Made by a program: the position numbers and the translations under genes
Notes under the pieces: model-generated
Databases searched by the model: none
Told to the model about the DNA's origin: nothing
What the model saw: the letters and a program-made list of their open reading frames with translations, nothing else
Shown here: piece after piece, positions 15,306-29,697 of the stretch
How the letters are laid out: each line of letters opens with the position of its first letter
Position numbering within the stretch: position 1 is the stretch's first letter
Source: Octopus vulgaris
Taxonomy: Eukaryota
NCBI GenBank assembly: GCA_951406725.2
Contig: OX597828.1
Span: 75,330,001-75,394,000 of the forward strand
Direction of reading: 5' to 3'
DNA: 64,000 nt

Positions 15306-15540
15306 TGTATGTATGTATGTATGTATGTATGTATGTATGTATGTACGTACGTACGTACGTACGTACGTATGTATGTATGCATGCATGTATGTATGTATGT
15401 ATGTATGTATGTATGTATGTATGTATGTATGTATGTATGTATGTATGTATGTATGTACGTATGTATGTACGTACGTATGTATGTATGTATGTATGTATGT
15501 ATGTATGTATGTATGTATGTATGTATGCATGTATGTATGT
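15214..15540. repeat. (TA)n + (ATGT)n/(ACGT)n compound microsatellite
   Basis: Directly visible. Confidence 0.97.
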
Positions 15541-15947
15541 GGTTGTGTGTGTGTGGTTGGAGGACAGACTGCAGAAGCAAATGAATGAATGATTTTCGCC
15601 TTTTGGACAAAAGTTATTCAACTTGGTCATCTGACAATTTCTATGGCCGCCATCCATACACACTAATTCACTCATTTATACATAACATAAAGACACACAT
15701 ACATACATACTCATACAACACACATGTATGTATGGGTGTGTGTACACACACACACACAAATATATACACACATGCATACATATACACACAATCGCATTAA
15801 ATATATATCCTGAACAGACACTCAGAAATACACGAGCAAGTATCCATACACTCGTATATGCACGTGCAAACACACATTTGCGCACACCACACCGATTCAT
15901 GGTGCATATACACACACGCAGCAAAACAAGCATATATATATATATCT

Positions 15948-15974
15948 TTATCTATCTATCTATCTATCTATCTG

Positions 15975-16072
<98 letters not shown>
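15948..16072. repeat. (TATC)n/(TGTC)n
   Basis: Directly visible. Confidence 0.95.
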
Positions 16073-16073
<1 letters not shown>

Positions 16074-16399
16074 TTTTTGTTGTTTTTTTCATCCCCCAAA
16101 AGAAAAGCTCTACCTTGTAACTTGTCCCATCTGTGTGTAGCCCTGTGTGGCCAATAAAGAAACTTATCTATCTATCTACACACACACACACACACATACA
16201 CACACACATACACACACACACGATTAGAAAAGCAGGGACTCCCTCCACCTCAATTAAGGAAGGAGACAACTACACAGAAATAAAGAACTTGTGTATTATT
16301 TATTCTGAATATCTTCGGAAGTGGAGCCGAAAGTTTTAAATAATACTTCGGGGGAGGAATAAATTGTTGGTAGAATTATATAATTTCTGTAGTTTGAGG

Positions 16400-16820
16400 G
16401 CAGTTGAGGTTTTAGTAAGGCACAGCTGTAGATTAGTTGTGGTTCTGTGTGTAAAGAGAGGTTTTTGCAAAGTAAGTCCTAGTTTTGTAGATAAGCTGAG
16501 CTTACACCTGTCAGGTGATGCTATGCATCTATGTTCTGTAAGATAAGCAATTTCAATGCCGAGGCACTGTAGGGAGTAACAGCTCTTTTAGTTAACGTTT
16601 TATGAAACGAAGGCTTGTGTGGTCAGTATTTCTCATTTGAGATTTTGTACATTGGAGTACAAATGCGTTGAGGTTTTGTAAGGCGAAGTCCCATAATGTG
16701 AGGTTTTGTAAAGCTAAGTTCCGTAAGGTGAATTTTTATGAGATGAAGTCTTGTGTGATGCATATGTTGAAGTTTCGTAAGGCGAGACTTTCCACTTTCA
16801 GATTTTGTAAGGCTAGCTTT
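16400..16820. repeat. Decayed 15/30-bp tandem repeat (GAGGTTTTGTAAGGC-like)
   Basis: Motif recurs near 16407, 16670, 16700, 16779 and 16801. Confidence 0.6.
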
Positions 16821-16837
16821 TTTGTCAGTTTAACATT

Positions 16838-16926
16838 TACATTATTTACATTTGACGAATATTTGTCCTCATCCGTCAAATGTAAATAATGTACATAATT
16901 CCTCATCTCTTAAATATAGAACTGTA
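16838..16926. mobile_element. Repeat terminus with 20-bp perfect inverted arms, possibly Penelope-like
   Basis: Arms 16838-16857 and 16874-16893; distal part recurs as reverse complement at 29409-29447. Confidence 0.6.
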
Positions 16927-17559
16927 TTAACATTTACAAGTTGAAGGATTTTGAGGTAAAATTTTATAACCACCATCATCACCAACAACGATTCCAAACT
17001 TAGGATTCCATATGGTGCCTTATACCTTTAGAAATAACAGCCAAATCGCCTTCACACCACATGAAAAAATCGCATCAGATAAAATATAATCCACTATTCA
17101 GAGTCTTTGAAATTTTGCAATGGAATGAACACAGTTGAAACATATGTTTCTCTCGAAAGCACACAAGTAAAGAGCTGTGCGTGAGTAATTTATTCATATA
17201 TGTTTATAATATTAGCGCGTTCTCTTCTAATGAGAGATTGTGCTACGGAATATATCAATATGTATATATATATGAACATGTCTTTATATACAATAACTCT
17301 GTCGACAGGAAAAGTAAATATGCTGGGGTTGGTTTCATTTCTGTGTTGAGACAACTTTCTGCTTTTATTCCTCGCTCCAAGTCTAAAAGACCACGGAAAA
17401 GATCCCCAAAGATCATAATTGCAGTCTCACTATAACACTTAAGTCATGTAAAAGTACCAGTCAGGTTCTGGGTTTCGCATAATAAAGTGCTTCATTTCGC
17501 CATCAGACTAAAACGTATAGCCTGTTCCCACACCACTTCCGGTTTTGTCACAAATGATT

Positions 17560-17925
17560 CTTGAGACTGAAAGGGCTGAAGATAGACAGCTTCCGTTTAG
17601 CCTCGTTTCACTTGGAAAGGAAAATGTGAATGAAGATGGAAGTGCAGAGTCATAGCAAATACGTTGAAAGTGGACGAGAGTAGCGAACCTCATCCGAGCT
17701 TGTGCTTGTAAATCGGGGGACAACTAGGAAAGAGTACTTGCCTTAGTGATTAGAGTGACCACAGTTATGTGGGTTCTACGAGTACATCTCGGACGTTTTA
17801 TCGCTTCCAAAGGATTTTTCATTGTTTGATGTTCTGTTTTTGTTCTTTTTCTTGTTTACACGTTTTCACGTGACCCCCTGTGCAGGTCCTTGGTCTTTTT
17901 ATCAACTCTTGAAGTTAATAAAGAA
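17560..17925 (+). mobile_element. Decayed LINE 3' end, probably L1/Tx1-like
   Basis: Broken FHLERKM...KWTRVANLIR translation resembling ORF2 C-termini, then T-rich UTR and AATAAA; a similar tail ends near 16165. Confidence 0.4.
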
Positions 17926-17938
17926 ACCATTCCATTAT

Positions 17939-18920
<982 letters not shown>

Positions 18921-19049
18921 ATATAATAAAACAGCGGAACAAAACAGGAATACATAAAGATATAAATATATAAATCAAATGGACATTTTCTAGTTAAGAC
19001 AGATATACGATAAACATAGAGGAACATTTGTCTGCCAGATTTCAATATA

Positions 19050-19860
19050 AATTTATTTCATCTTCATCACCATCTTTCCTATTGTTCGCTTATTTCATTC
19101 ATATTATCTTATACTTTTTTAATTCATTCATATTTATGTCATTCATTTTATTTCATTGATTTGTTATCGTCATTGATTTTCTTTCAATTGTTATTTATAA
19201 GTTTGGCCATTGAATATTTTACCAATATTTCATTCATACAATTACATTTCTAATAATTCGATAGTTAGGTTTCATTCATTTTATTTCCTTCTTTGTTTTC
19301 CAATCATTACATTTCCGCCATTTTCATCATCCATTATCTTTCCTTCATTTTCTATCAATATTCATTTCTCATCAATGATTTCTTTTCAATTATTATTTAT
19401 AAATTTGTTCATTCTATATTTTAGATATTCTCCTCATTTCATATATACTTTCATTCCTGATATTGTAATCATTCATTTTTAATTCTTAATTATATTTTAC
19501 TCATTATCTCTCATTCACGTTAAATAAATATTTATAATTTTCTTCCTATTACTTATAAATTCGTTTATCCCATATTTTATACATATTTTATTCCTTTCAT
19601 TCAGACGATTTCATTCCTGCTCTTTCAGCTGTTATGTTTCTGTAATTTTATATTCTTCACTATTTTTCATTCTTTAACTTTCATTCTTTTTATATCAATG
19701 TTCATTGTCAATCATTCATTTTCTTTCAATTGTTATTCATGCATTTGATCATTCTTTATTCTACACCTTCTTTTTGTTTAATTCAACACAATTTCAATAA
19801 GTTTATTTAATTTCATTCACCATTCTTTATTCATCGTATTTCATTCACAATATTTTAGCT
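19050..19860. repeat. AT-rich low-complexity tract rich in TTCAT/TTCA
   Basis: Recurrent ttcatt motif and very low G on the + strand. Confidence 0.6.
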
Positions 19861-20074
19861 GCCAATAATGAAAACATTCTCTAAAACAAAAATGGTTTTA
19901 TTTTGCTGGTAGCAAAAACGATATACAATTGTTAACCGAAAATGTCGCTTATATAAAAAGTTGCTAATTGTTTCGTATATATAAACACTCACACACATAC
20001 TTCCACAGCGAACTTTCGTCTAGCAAGTTTCAATAAACGCGAGGTAGACAAGAGTGTAGTAGTAGTAGTAGTAC

Positions 20075-20112
<38 letters not shown>

Positions 20113-20215
20113 ATTGCTGAGGCGATAGCAACGGTGTTAGTTATAGTAGTTGTAATGAATATATTTTCCTCATCTCCTAATATAATAAGGAGCGTAGTGC
20201 TTTTATATATTTGTA

Positions 20216-20284
<69 letters not shown>

Positions 20285-20780
20285 GTATTTGTACAGAATC
20301 ACGCTGGACGCGGAGGAGGAGTGAAAATAGTAATTTAGTGGAGGAGAAGTAGTGAGAGTAATAGCCCTGACTGAGAGGGAGTGAAAGAAAGTAATAGCAA
20401 TGAGCGAAAGGAAGGGTGGTAGATGAATAAGGATGTAAGGGGTGAAAAACATCAGCGTTTCAACTCCGTGTGAGTATATGTGTGTATGTGTTTGCGTGTA
20501 CAAGGGAAGTATGTGAATGTTTGTATGTGGGATTATTATGTACAGTATCATTTTGTAGCTTATTTATATATAAAATGATACAATTAGCCATCATTTTTGA
20601 CGGCACGGGATCAGCTAGTGTTAAATGTTTATATATGTATCTATGTATACCTCTGCACACGCACACATACATATATATATGTGTGTATAATTACATACAT
20701 GAGTGTGTGTATATTTGCGTATACGTTTACACACACACACACACACACACACGCGCACACACACACACACACACACACAA

Positions 20781-20820
<40 letters not shown>

Positions 20821-21584
20821 TTAACCCAAGGTTCTGGTAGAAGAAACATAACCACGTGTCGCTTTGTGGGATAGAACCGGGAGACTTGAGATATCAAACA
20901 ATAAAAAGATACAAAATCAAACGGGCTGATACGGAAAACGAAATTTTCCGTTTTGAATAAAGTTGCTAATGCGATATAGGAGTTGCTAATCCCAAAATAA
21001 AAACTCTCATATCCCGCCCTGTTATGCTAATGCAAAAAAAGCCAGCTAAATAAATATATTGTTAATATCGAAACAAAATGTTGCTAACATTACAAAAAGA
21101 AATCGCAAAAACAAAAACACACACGAAAAAGGATAAGTAAAAAAAGAAGACGAGAATAACGTTAAATTCCGTCTCTCATGTTACAAAGAGAAATATTACA
21201 TACATTTAACCATCGTTTCTTTGTTTTTATATTTATGTTTTTATTGTTTGAAGTGGTGGTCAAGTGGAGTGGCTGGAAGAGGGTGATGGGAACAATCTTC
21301 ACAAAGATATCAAACGTTAATATAAAAAAATAAGAGAATAAGTGAAAGGGAAAAATGAGAGCGTGTATGTGTATACGTAAGCGCGTACGCGTACGTGTGT
21401 GTGTGTGTATGTGCGAGTGTGTGCGTGTAAGTGTGAATGTGTGTATGTGTGTGTATGTGTAAAAAAAATGTAAGTGTAAAAATGTTACGCATCTTATTGA
21501 TAGATATTTCTTTGCTTCAGACTCTTGTCGGTGATGTGTGTTTATGTGGTGAAGATACATTCAGACACATGTGCTTATACATAC

Positions 21585-21634
<50 letters not shown>

Positions 21635-21782
21635 CATACATACATACATACATCTCTCTCTCTTTCTCTCTTCCTCTCTCTCTCTTTATATATATATATA
21701 TATATACATATAGATATATAGATATACACATACATGCACACACATGAATATATAACAAAATATATTTACTATAGCTGCTTTT

Positions 21783-21939
21783 ACCACCACCACCACCACC
21801 ACCACCACCACCACCACCACCATCACCACCACCACCACCACCACCACCACCACCATCACCACCACCACCACCACCACCACCACCACCACCACCGCCACCA
21901 CCCTCACCAAAACCACCACCACCACCACTACCACCACCA
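21783..21939. repeat. (CAC)n trinucleotide
   Basis: Directly visible; gives spurious poly-His/poly-Val ORFs. Confidence 0.97.
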
Positions 21940-22606
21940 TTTTGTCTACCTCTGGTTTATTGCCACACGATTTTCCAATCGGAAAGTCTGGGATTGTGAC
22001 TAAATACTGCATTCTTTGCTTAGGCCATTGTGAGAGTCGTGTCCTTAAAAATAATGAGTGAATAACAAAATAAAAAGAAAGCGAAAAAAAGATAGGAATC
22101 AAAAGAGGAGTAGAACAAGAAAAGTGTTAAGAACGCAGTACTCCCTCCACCCCCGCTTATAGTATTACTAAGATACAAACTGCAACAATGGCCTCCACCC
22201 TTCCAGCAAAACAAAAATTAAACCTCAAATAGAAGGAAAAAATGAGTTAAAATCGTGAAGAACAGCAAAAACAAAACAAAAACAAAAATCAGAAAAAGGA
22301 AAATTGAAGAATTACCAAGTACGGCATTGCCAAAATAAAAAAAAAAGAAAAAAGGAAATCCTGCAACAAAACCCTTCCTCTCTCTAAAGACAGGAAAATA
22401 AAGAAGATTTCTGCTGAATAGTTTTCCATCATATGTTAATATATCTGTTCTAAATCGCCATTATTAGAAGTCTATTCTTGAACCCCATTAAAAACGGTCG
22501 AAACATTTCGGAAAGAAAAAAAAGAAATGTAACGAAACGAAAACTAATTTGAATGAGTAATTAAATAAGAAGGTTGAAAAAGTGCATATAATTGTGTATA
22601 TAAGTG

Positions 22607-22637
<31 letters not shown>

Positions 22638-23003
22638 GTATATTATACACACATATAGATATACATATATATATTTGTGTGTATTAGTGTGTATGCATAT
22701 TACACACACATATAGATATACATATATATATATATATTTGTGTGTGACAGTGTGCCCACATTCTGAGTAAGCCGTGTTTTATCGAACTATGAATCAATGT
22801 GATTGTATGCGTTTCTGTATGTGTATGTATGCATGTATGCACGTTCATACATATTTATATAGAGATATGCCCAAGGGATCTGACACACACACACACATTT
22901 CTGTGTGCGCATACAGGTATATATATATATATATATATATGCATAGTACATACATATATGTATATACATACACACATAAATACACGCACATATTGTTTTT
23001 ATT

Positions 23004-23044
<41 letters not shown>

Positions 23045-24639
23045 ACACACGCACACACATATAGATACATACAAAAAGGCTATATTTCATCGAGCTCTCA
23101 TGTGAAAGATTGATTGAATAATGAATGATGATGATGATGATGATGAATATCAAAAGAAAGCGAAAGGAATGCACCGAAAAAGTAAACTGAACAGTCAGCA
23201 GTAGCAGCAGCGGCAGCAACTGCTGACGAAGATGGAAGATGATGAAGTGAAAAGAAGATACAAGACCCCCAGAATCTAAAGACTGATTGTAGCTGAGTAG
23301 TAAGTCTGTGTTTCTGTGTGTCTGTCCGTCTGTCAGTCTGTCCGCCCGTCCGACCGTCGGTCTGTGTGTGTGTGCTTGCTTGGCTGTCTATCTGTCTATT
23401 GTAGTGAGAATGCTCAGGGTAAACGTATTGACTACGGATATTGTCGTAGTTGGGGTAGAAGTTGTGCCAGACAGTGTAGTGAATGTGGCGGCGGTGGTAG
23501 ATGCTCCCGTATTAGTGGCTGGATAATTGTAGTTGTTGGCTTGTAGTGCTTGTAGTAGCAGTGGTGACACTCGTAGTCATTGTGGTTGTAGCAGTTGTTT
23601 TTGTAGTAGTATTTGTTCCATAGTGGTTGTAGTAACAATGATGGTGGTAGTGGTTGCGCGTTCAGATGGCAAAGAATTAATCATATTGATCAGAAATATT
23701 TTCATATTTTACTGACCAAGATAATCCACATTAAATTTGGACCTAGAAATGTGTAGTTAAGGTCAAAGCCGACACAAGAATGTTTTCCCTAAACACACAC
23801 ATAGAAGGAAAGAAAGAAACGTATGGAATAATGCATACAGTAAGCAGTTCTTCCAGCTACCATCACAAATTGTCTACATAACTGATATTTCGGCTAAAAA
23901 CGTATTCGACGTGGCACTGTGACGTCACAGGATTTTAGTCATCTTTCAGCTCGTTCACAGTCGTTTAAATTTGTTGCAGTGTGTTCAGTGTTCAACAAAA
24001 TTTAACTTTCGTGAGATAAAAATCTCTAAACAGTCATGTGTGAGTGAGAGAGAGTGAGAGAGAGAGAGAGAGAAATAGGGAGAGATAGAAAGAGAGAGAG
24101 AGAGAGTGAAAGGGAGAGACTGGTCGAAATTTAACTATATGTCAAGATATAATGATGGTATTTTCATCTTTTGGCTCTTTCCTCTCATTTTTCCTTGGTT
24201 GCTTCCCGTGAGGCTAAGCAGATATTTGTGTGTAGTTAGAATAGTTGGAGAATCTCTAGAAGTACAGCTTTTACGAGCCAAATGATTTAATAAAGTCATA
24301 GACCACGTTTTCGTATCAAATAATTTCTGACACTCACTTTCGATAATAAATTGTTTATAAAGCTGATATTTCGGTGTAAATTACCCTTGATGTTGCTCTA
24401 TGGAATTACAGGATGTCATATATTCTTTAGATTTCACTACATCATTTAAGGTTTTTGCATTGCTTTCAAAGTCTCCTTCATTCTGCAATCATTCGTAAGT
24501 GAAAGAAACTCATAGAAAACCGTATAAAATTATTAATTCTCGTATAAGAGGTAGCTCTTGTGTTGCTTCAACCACACACGCACACACACACACGTGTGTA
24601 TTTGTGTGTGTGTATGTATGTGTGTGTGTGTGCGTGTGT

Positions 24640-24880
24640 GAAGGTGTATGGCCTAGTGGTTAGATTACTGCATTCACGATAGCGAGATCGTAGTTTCAAT
24701 TCCTTGACCGGGTCGTGCATTGTATTCTTGTGGAAATCACTTCAACACCTGACACAAGGTACACCGTACACCAATTCTAGAAACGTCGATTCGATGGAAG
24801 GATTAATGCTCAGCACAAACATTTGATCACAATCAACAAATTATTTGTGCAGATTGTTCAGCAAGAAGTTGCAGACACGT
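24640..24880 (+). mobile_element. Diverged tRNA-derived CORE-like SINE (family D)
   Basis: tggcctagtggttag A-box, gtttcaattcc B-box, then tgtattcttg...cacttca CORE-like segment. Confidence 0.6.
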
Positions 24881-25744
24881 CTTTCCCGATTGCTTTATTG
24901 GAGATGGTTGAAGTGAGCTCAGCTTCGAACTTTTTCCTATTTTATTTTATACGCTAGATTCAATGGGCGAGCATCTTTATATCCGCATGAGCAATCCAGC
25001 CTCTCTAATTTAGAAAGCTTATTTGGGATGAGCCCCTTCATACTGGAACCACAATTGTAGTTGCAGTTCACAGAACGGCCCTTGCCCTTTCTCGTAGCTA
25101 TGATTATCTAGAAATGCTTATGCAGGAGGGCTAGGAATGCCCTCTTTTCTTGTTACCAATGCTGGGTTTATCATTTAAAGGAAAGGGCTTGGAAATCATG
25201 CTGTATTCCTGGGGCTATACATAGAATGGGATGGTAGAGGGAACGGGATATATGAAAGCTTCCTCTTGAAACCACTATCGTCAATGACTATCGTAGTAAG
25301 GGCATCACCATTGAAATAACTTTTGAGGAAAAGATTTATCAAACTCTATTAGATATAAAATTTACAAGCAAAATGGTGTTGATTACTTACTTATTTATCT
25401 AGCAAATTTTCTATTCGGTTTGTGTTTGGGTTAATAGACACAAGATTCCAGGTCTAGGGATGTGTCTGAAAAGTCAGCCCAACCTAAATTAGTGGCTAAA
25501 ATATTTTATCATTTTAAGTACCACACTGTTCAAAACGGTAAGGAGGTATTGCTTAAAAATATGTTATACGTCGCAGCACAGGAGTTTGAGGGGGCGAACC
25601 CATCGTCTCGGTACAACCCGAAATAATTACGTAATTTAGTTTCCTATGTATGTATGTTTACTACTCTCTAAATCTGGATACATCATTAATTTAAAATGAC
25701 ATAAAAATCCAACTATGCAGCTTTATCGCTCCAATGCTAAGTGA

Positions 25745-26010
25745 GACAATATGTGATGTGCAAAAAAGGTCTGAAAATCAATACCTGGTCTTAAAAGGCA
25801 TATGAGAGTACATAAGGATGACATCCCGCAAGGTGACCCAATAAATCTAATAGAGGGCACATCTTTTGTCTGTCACGTTTACTGCAAATCTATTGCTGGA
25901 CTTAAAAAGCCACCTAAGGGGTCATGGACGGACGTTTGGAGCTGATGATGGTTGATGGGGGTACATGGGAAGACGGCAACCATCTGCAAAGCTGAAGCAA
26001 TCACAATATC
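25745..26010 (+). mobile_element. RTE-like LINE 3' remnant with two degenerate C2H2-type motifs
   Basis: Translates as KSIPGLKRHMRVH...FVCHVYCKSIAGLK/SHLRGH with a stop and a frameshift; resembles the C..S..GL.SH.R.H C-terminus of RTE ORFs. Confidence 0.6.
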
Positions 26011-26450
26011 AAGATCACATATGTCAACATAAGAGCTTAGAGAAACGTGTAAAATATAGTTCGTGGTACATATAGTAGACCAGCGGTATACCAGATATAA
26101 CAAGAGCATCATCTGTTAGCATTTATCACGCCTGGTAGCGTATACACTCCACAACAGTGACATTCTCATATAACATCTACATATAACATCTGCTAATAAG
26201 AGATATTGCAGTACTTCATCACGAAATATCCCAGAGTGATATCAAAAACGAAACAGATTTCGAGGAAACCATTTCAATAATTTATCAGTATTGTATATAA
26301 ATATGATGTACTTACAGAAATACACGCACACAAACAAGCATACACATGCATATAAATATTGACATGTGGGTACACACACACACACACATACACACACATG
26401 CACAGACACACATGTATGTTTATGCTTATACATTTAATTTAGTTTCTCTT

Positions 26451-26488
<38 letters not shown>

Positions 26489-26509
26489 GAGAGGGTGTTG
26501 AAGCCATCT

Positions 26510-26540
<31 letters not shown>

Positions 26541-27148
26541 GTGTGTGTGTTTGTAACAGTGTGTGTTATAGCTTTCCATATTTCATATTGTTAGTGTCTG
26601 TTTTTTTCTTTCCGCTTTTTTTTTTAATAAAAAAGCTATTAACCTAAAAATTGCTATCTTATGCCTTGTCCATCCATCTTTCACATCAAACATTAAACGG
26701 AGAGATAGATTGGGCTAACAATAAAAAATGTAATTCAATCCCACTTCTTCAGCAGCGGCACCATCATCACTACCATCACCATCACCATCACCAACAACAA
26801 CAACAACAAGAAACAACATCTCCTTCAACAAACCCGCCAATACCACCCGCAACACCTCACCCACCAACCTCATCAAACGCCCTCACCAATACATTCACCA
26901 CTACTACCTTTAGCACACAAGGTCTATTTTACACAATTTCTGCGATTTGGTTGCTCTTTCTAGCAGTTTGAACGATCCTGTGGTGGCTTTTTGAATGGTT
27001 TCATAAGCATACATTAACATACACTCCCAACTGCATTCATACTTTCAAACATATACACTAACAAGCGTACACTCACTCTCTCACTCAATCACATGCTCCA
27101 GCAATAACACGCATACACTCCAAGATGACATACTCTCACTCATTATAA

Positions 27149-27182
<34 letters not shown>

Positions 27183-27294
27183 TTATAATCGTTTCTCATT
27201 GACATTGAAATTCACACAGACACACACATAGAAATGCTTACACACACGTTCTCATATACACTCACGTAGTTGTACACACACGCATGCTCACATG

Positions 27295-27329
<35 letters not shown>

Positions 27330-27932
27330 ACTCAGACACGTAGTCACAGACGAGTTACAAACGTTAATACAATCACGTATGTTCCACCTGTAGACACTCA
27401 AACGCCATCACATGCACACAAGCCACAAACATAAGCATTCGGAAAGACTTACATACGCAATCACTCACTTCATTACGAGAACAACAACAACAACAACAAC
27501 AACAGTTTACGACTATTACGGCGAAAATGAGGTAACATTATCATCATCATTTTCCTCCTCATGATCTTCATCAGCGCCGCCGCCGCCGCCGCCAAAACTA
27601 TTATTACTTCCAACTTCTCATCAAGATCATCATAATGAACAGCAAAATATAATAATTAAGCAAGAACAAAACATAATAACTACATCGTCGCCATCATCAT
27701 CATCATCAAAGACAGTTATTGCAACATCATTACAACCATCATTGTCATCGTTGCTATGAAAGCAGCAGCAACATTAACAGCATCAACGGCAACAACAACA
27801 ACAGTAATAGCAACGGCAACACCATCAGCAGGAACAGTACAAACCATATTTATTGATTATCGACCAATCATTTATATTGAATTTCATGTTTCCCCTGCTT
27901 TAGTTCTTAATTTTTAATATATCTGTAGCATC

Positions 27933-28090
27933 TACCACCACCACCACCACCACCGCCAATACCACCACCCCCACCACCACCACCATCACCACCACCCCCA
28001 CCGCCAATACCACCACCACCACCACCACCATCACCACCACCACCACCACCGCCAATAACACCACCACCACCACCACCACCACCACCACCG
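27933..28090. repeat. (CAC)n with periodic GCCAAT interruptions
   Basis: Directly visible. Confidence 0.95.
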
Positions 28091-29068
28091 TCATCGTCGT
28101 CGCTGCCGCCGCCGTTATTGTTATAGCGCGCCGATGTTTCTGAGAGAGGCCTGCGATGATAAGTGACACTGCACGAAATAATTATCTTGCTCCAGTTTTA
28201 TTAACGGAAGACTTTTGGACTGTTTAAATGTCTTCCCTGTTACTCGGAGCTGAGGACTGATGATCGGCTGCAGACAGTTTTAAACTGGTTAAAAATAAAA
28301 AGAAATTATTTGTAACATTGATACGGTTGCAAGATGGCCGCCTCAGGAGTAATTGGAAGAGGTATTCATTTGAGTGGTGGTAGCAGCATGCACGACAATC
28401 TTTTTCAAATAGAAAAACAGATTCAAATTATGAAATGAAACTGCACTAAATAAAAATATCAGATCTAAAAACAAAACTTCATGTTATAAACATTTGTACT
28501 TGCAGTGGAAATGTAAAAAATTGAAATCGTCTGAAAAAATTAAAACAACTGTATAAACAGTAATGACAGAGCCGCCGCCGCCACCACCACCACCACCACC
28601 ACCGCCACTAACAGTGTTGTAGAAGGAGTGACTCAGTTTGAGGCAGCTCAAGGAAAAAAAGGAACATGAGGTACATCACAAAAGACAGGGATTTCCTGCC
28701 TGACGTCATAATCTAGGCAAGAAAAAACAAAAGAAAAAAACCCCAAAAAACAAAAAGACAAAAACGAAACTGAAAGAACGTGAATGAAAGTAATACACCT
28801 TTATTTTCCAATGGTTTAAGTGTTTCCGTATGACTGCAAAAGCGATGTTGGAGGAATCCTCACCGGTCGATTTGTGTCAGAATGCGTAGTTTCATCAATT
28901 ATGAAGGAATATATATGGAAGAGTGTATCTGATGTCTAAAAACAAATACGAGGCGAGGATCTAGAGTTGGCGAGACGCACTGCACCCCATAGGCTTGTCC
29001 AACAGTACATAGTCCTTAGGAATACGAGCTTTGCCACCACAATCGTACAGATATCGATTTATAATTTC

Positions 29069-29270
29069 GACACAAGGCCAGCGATTTTGGATTAGAGGTT
29101 AAATCAATTACATCCACGTCTGTGCTCAACTGGGACTTATTCTATTTCACCTGAAAAAGGTGAAAAGCGAAGTCGACCTCGATAGAATTTGAATCCAAAA
29201 TGTACAGACGGACGAAATGCAGCTAAGCATTTTCCCCGGCCTGTTAAAGATTCTGCCTGCTCGCCGCCTT
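29069..29270 (-). mobile_element. SINE family C, diverged
   Basis: Reverse complement of the aaggcggcgagc...ggccttgtg consensus. Confidence 0.85.
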
Positions 29271-29565
29271 ACAATCGTTTAGATATTGATTGAACAAATA
29301 TTGACGGTGGAGGTGACATATAACGTTAAACTGTGTTGGCAGCCAGGATTTGATACTCCTCAAAGACTACAAGTTTACATTGGAGTTGTATCATATAGGT
29401 TCATGCAGAGTTCTATATTTAAGAGATGAGGAATTTTCTACATAATTCATGCAGAGTGTCTATTTTTATTTGGATTTGCATGAAAGGTCATTGGGAAGTG
29501 AATATTTCTTTAGGAGTTCGTTATGGATTCGGAGGCTATTATTCTCTTAATATTTAACCTGTTAA

Positions 29566-29697
29566 CGCCGAGGTCGACTTTTCTTTTCATCCTTTCAGGG
29601 TCAATAAATTAAGTACCAGTTGCGTACTGGGGTCGATCAAATCGACTGGCCTCCTCCCACAAATTTTCGGGCCTTGTGGCCAGAACAGAAAAGAATA
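29566..29697 (+). mobile_element. SINE family C, 5'-truncated
   Basis: cgccgaggtcgact...tcatcctttcagggtcaataaattaagtaccag...ggccttgtg. Confidence 0.85.

Noticed and set aside
24930-25330. Decayed DNA transposon ORF on the minus strand
   Set aside because: Only a vague CSCG-like motif in broken frames; too weak to call.
25745-25930. Host C2H2 zinc-finger gene exon
   Set aside because: Stop and frameshift, no TGEKP linkers or splice sites; better explained as an RTE-like LINE C-terminus.
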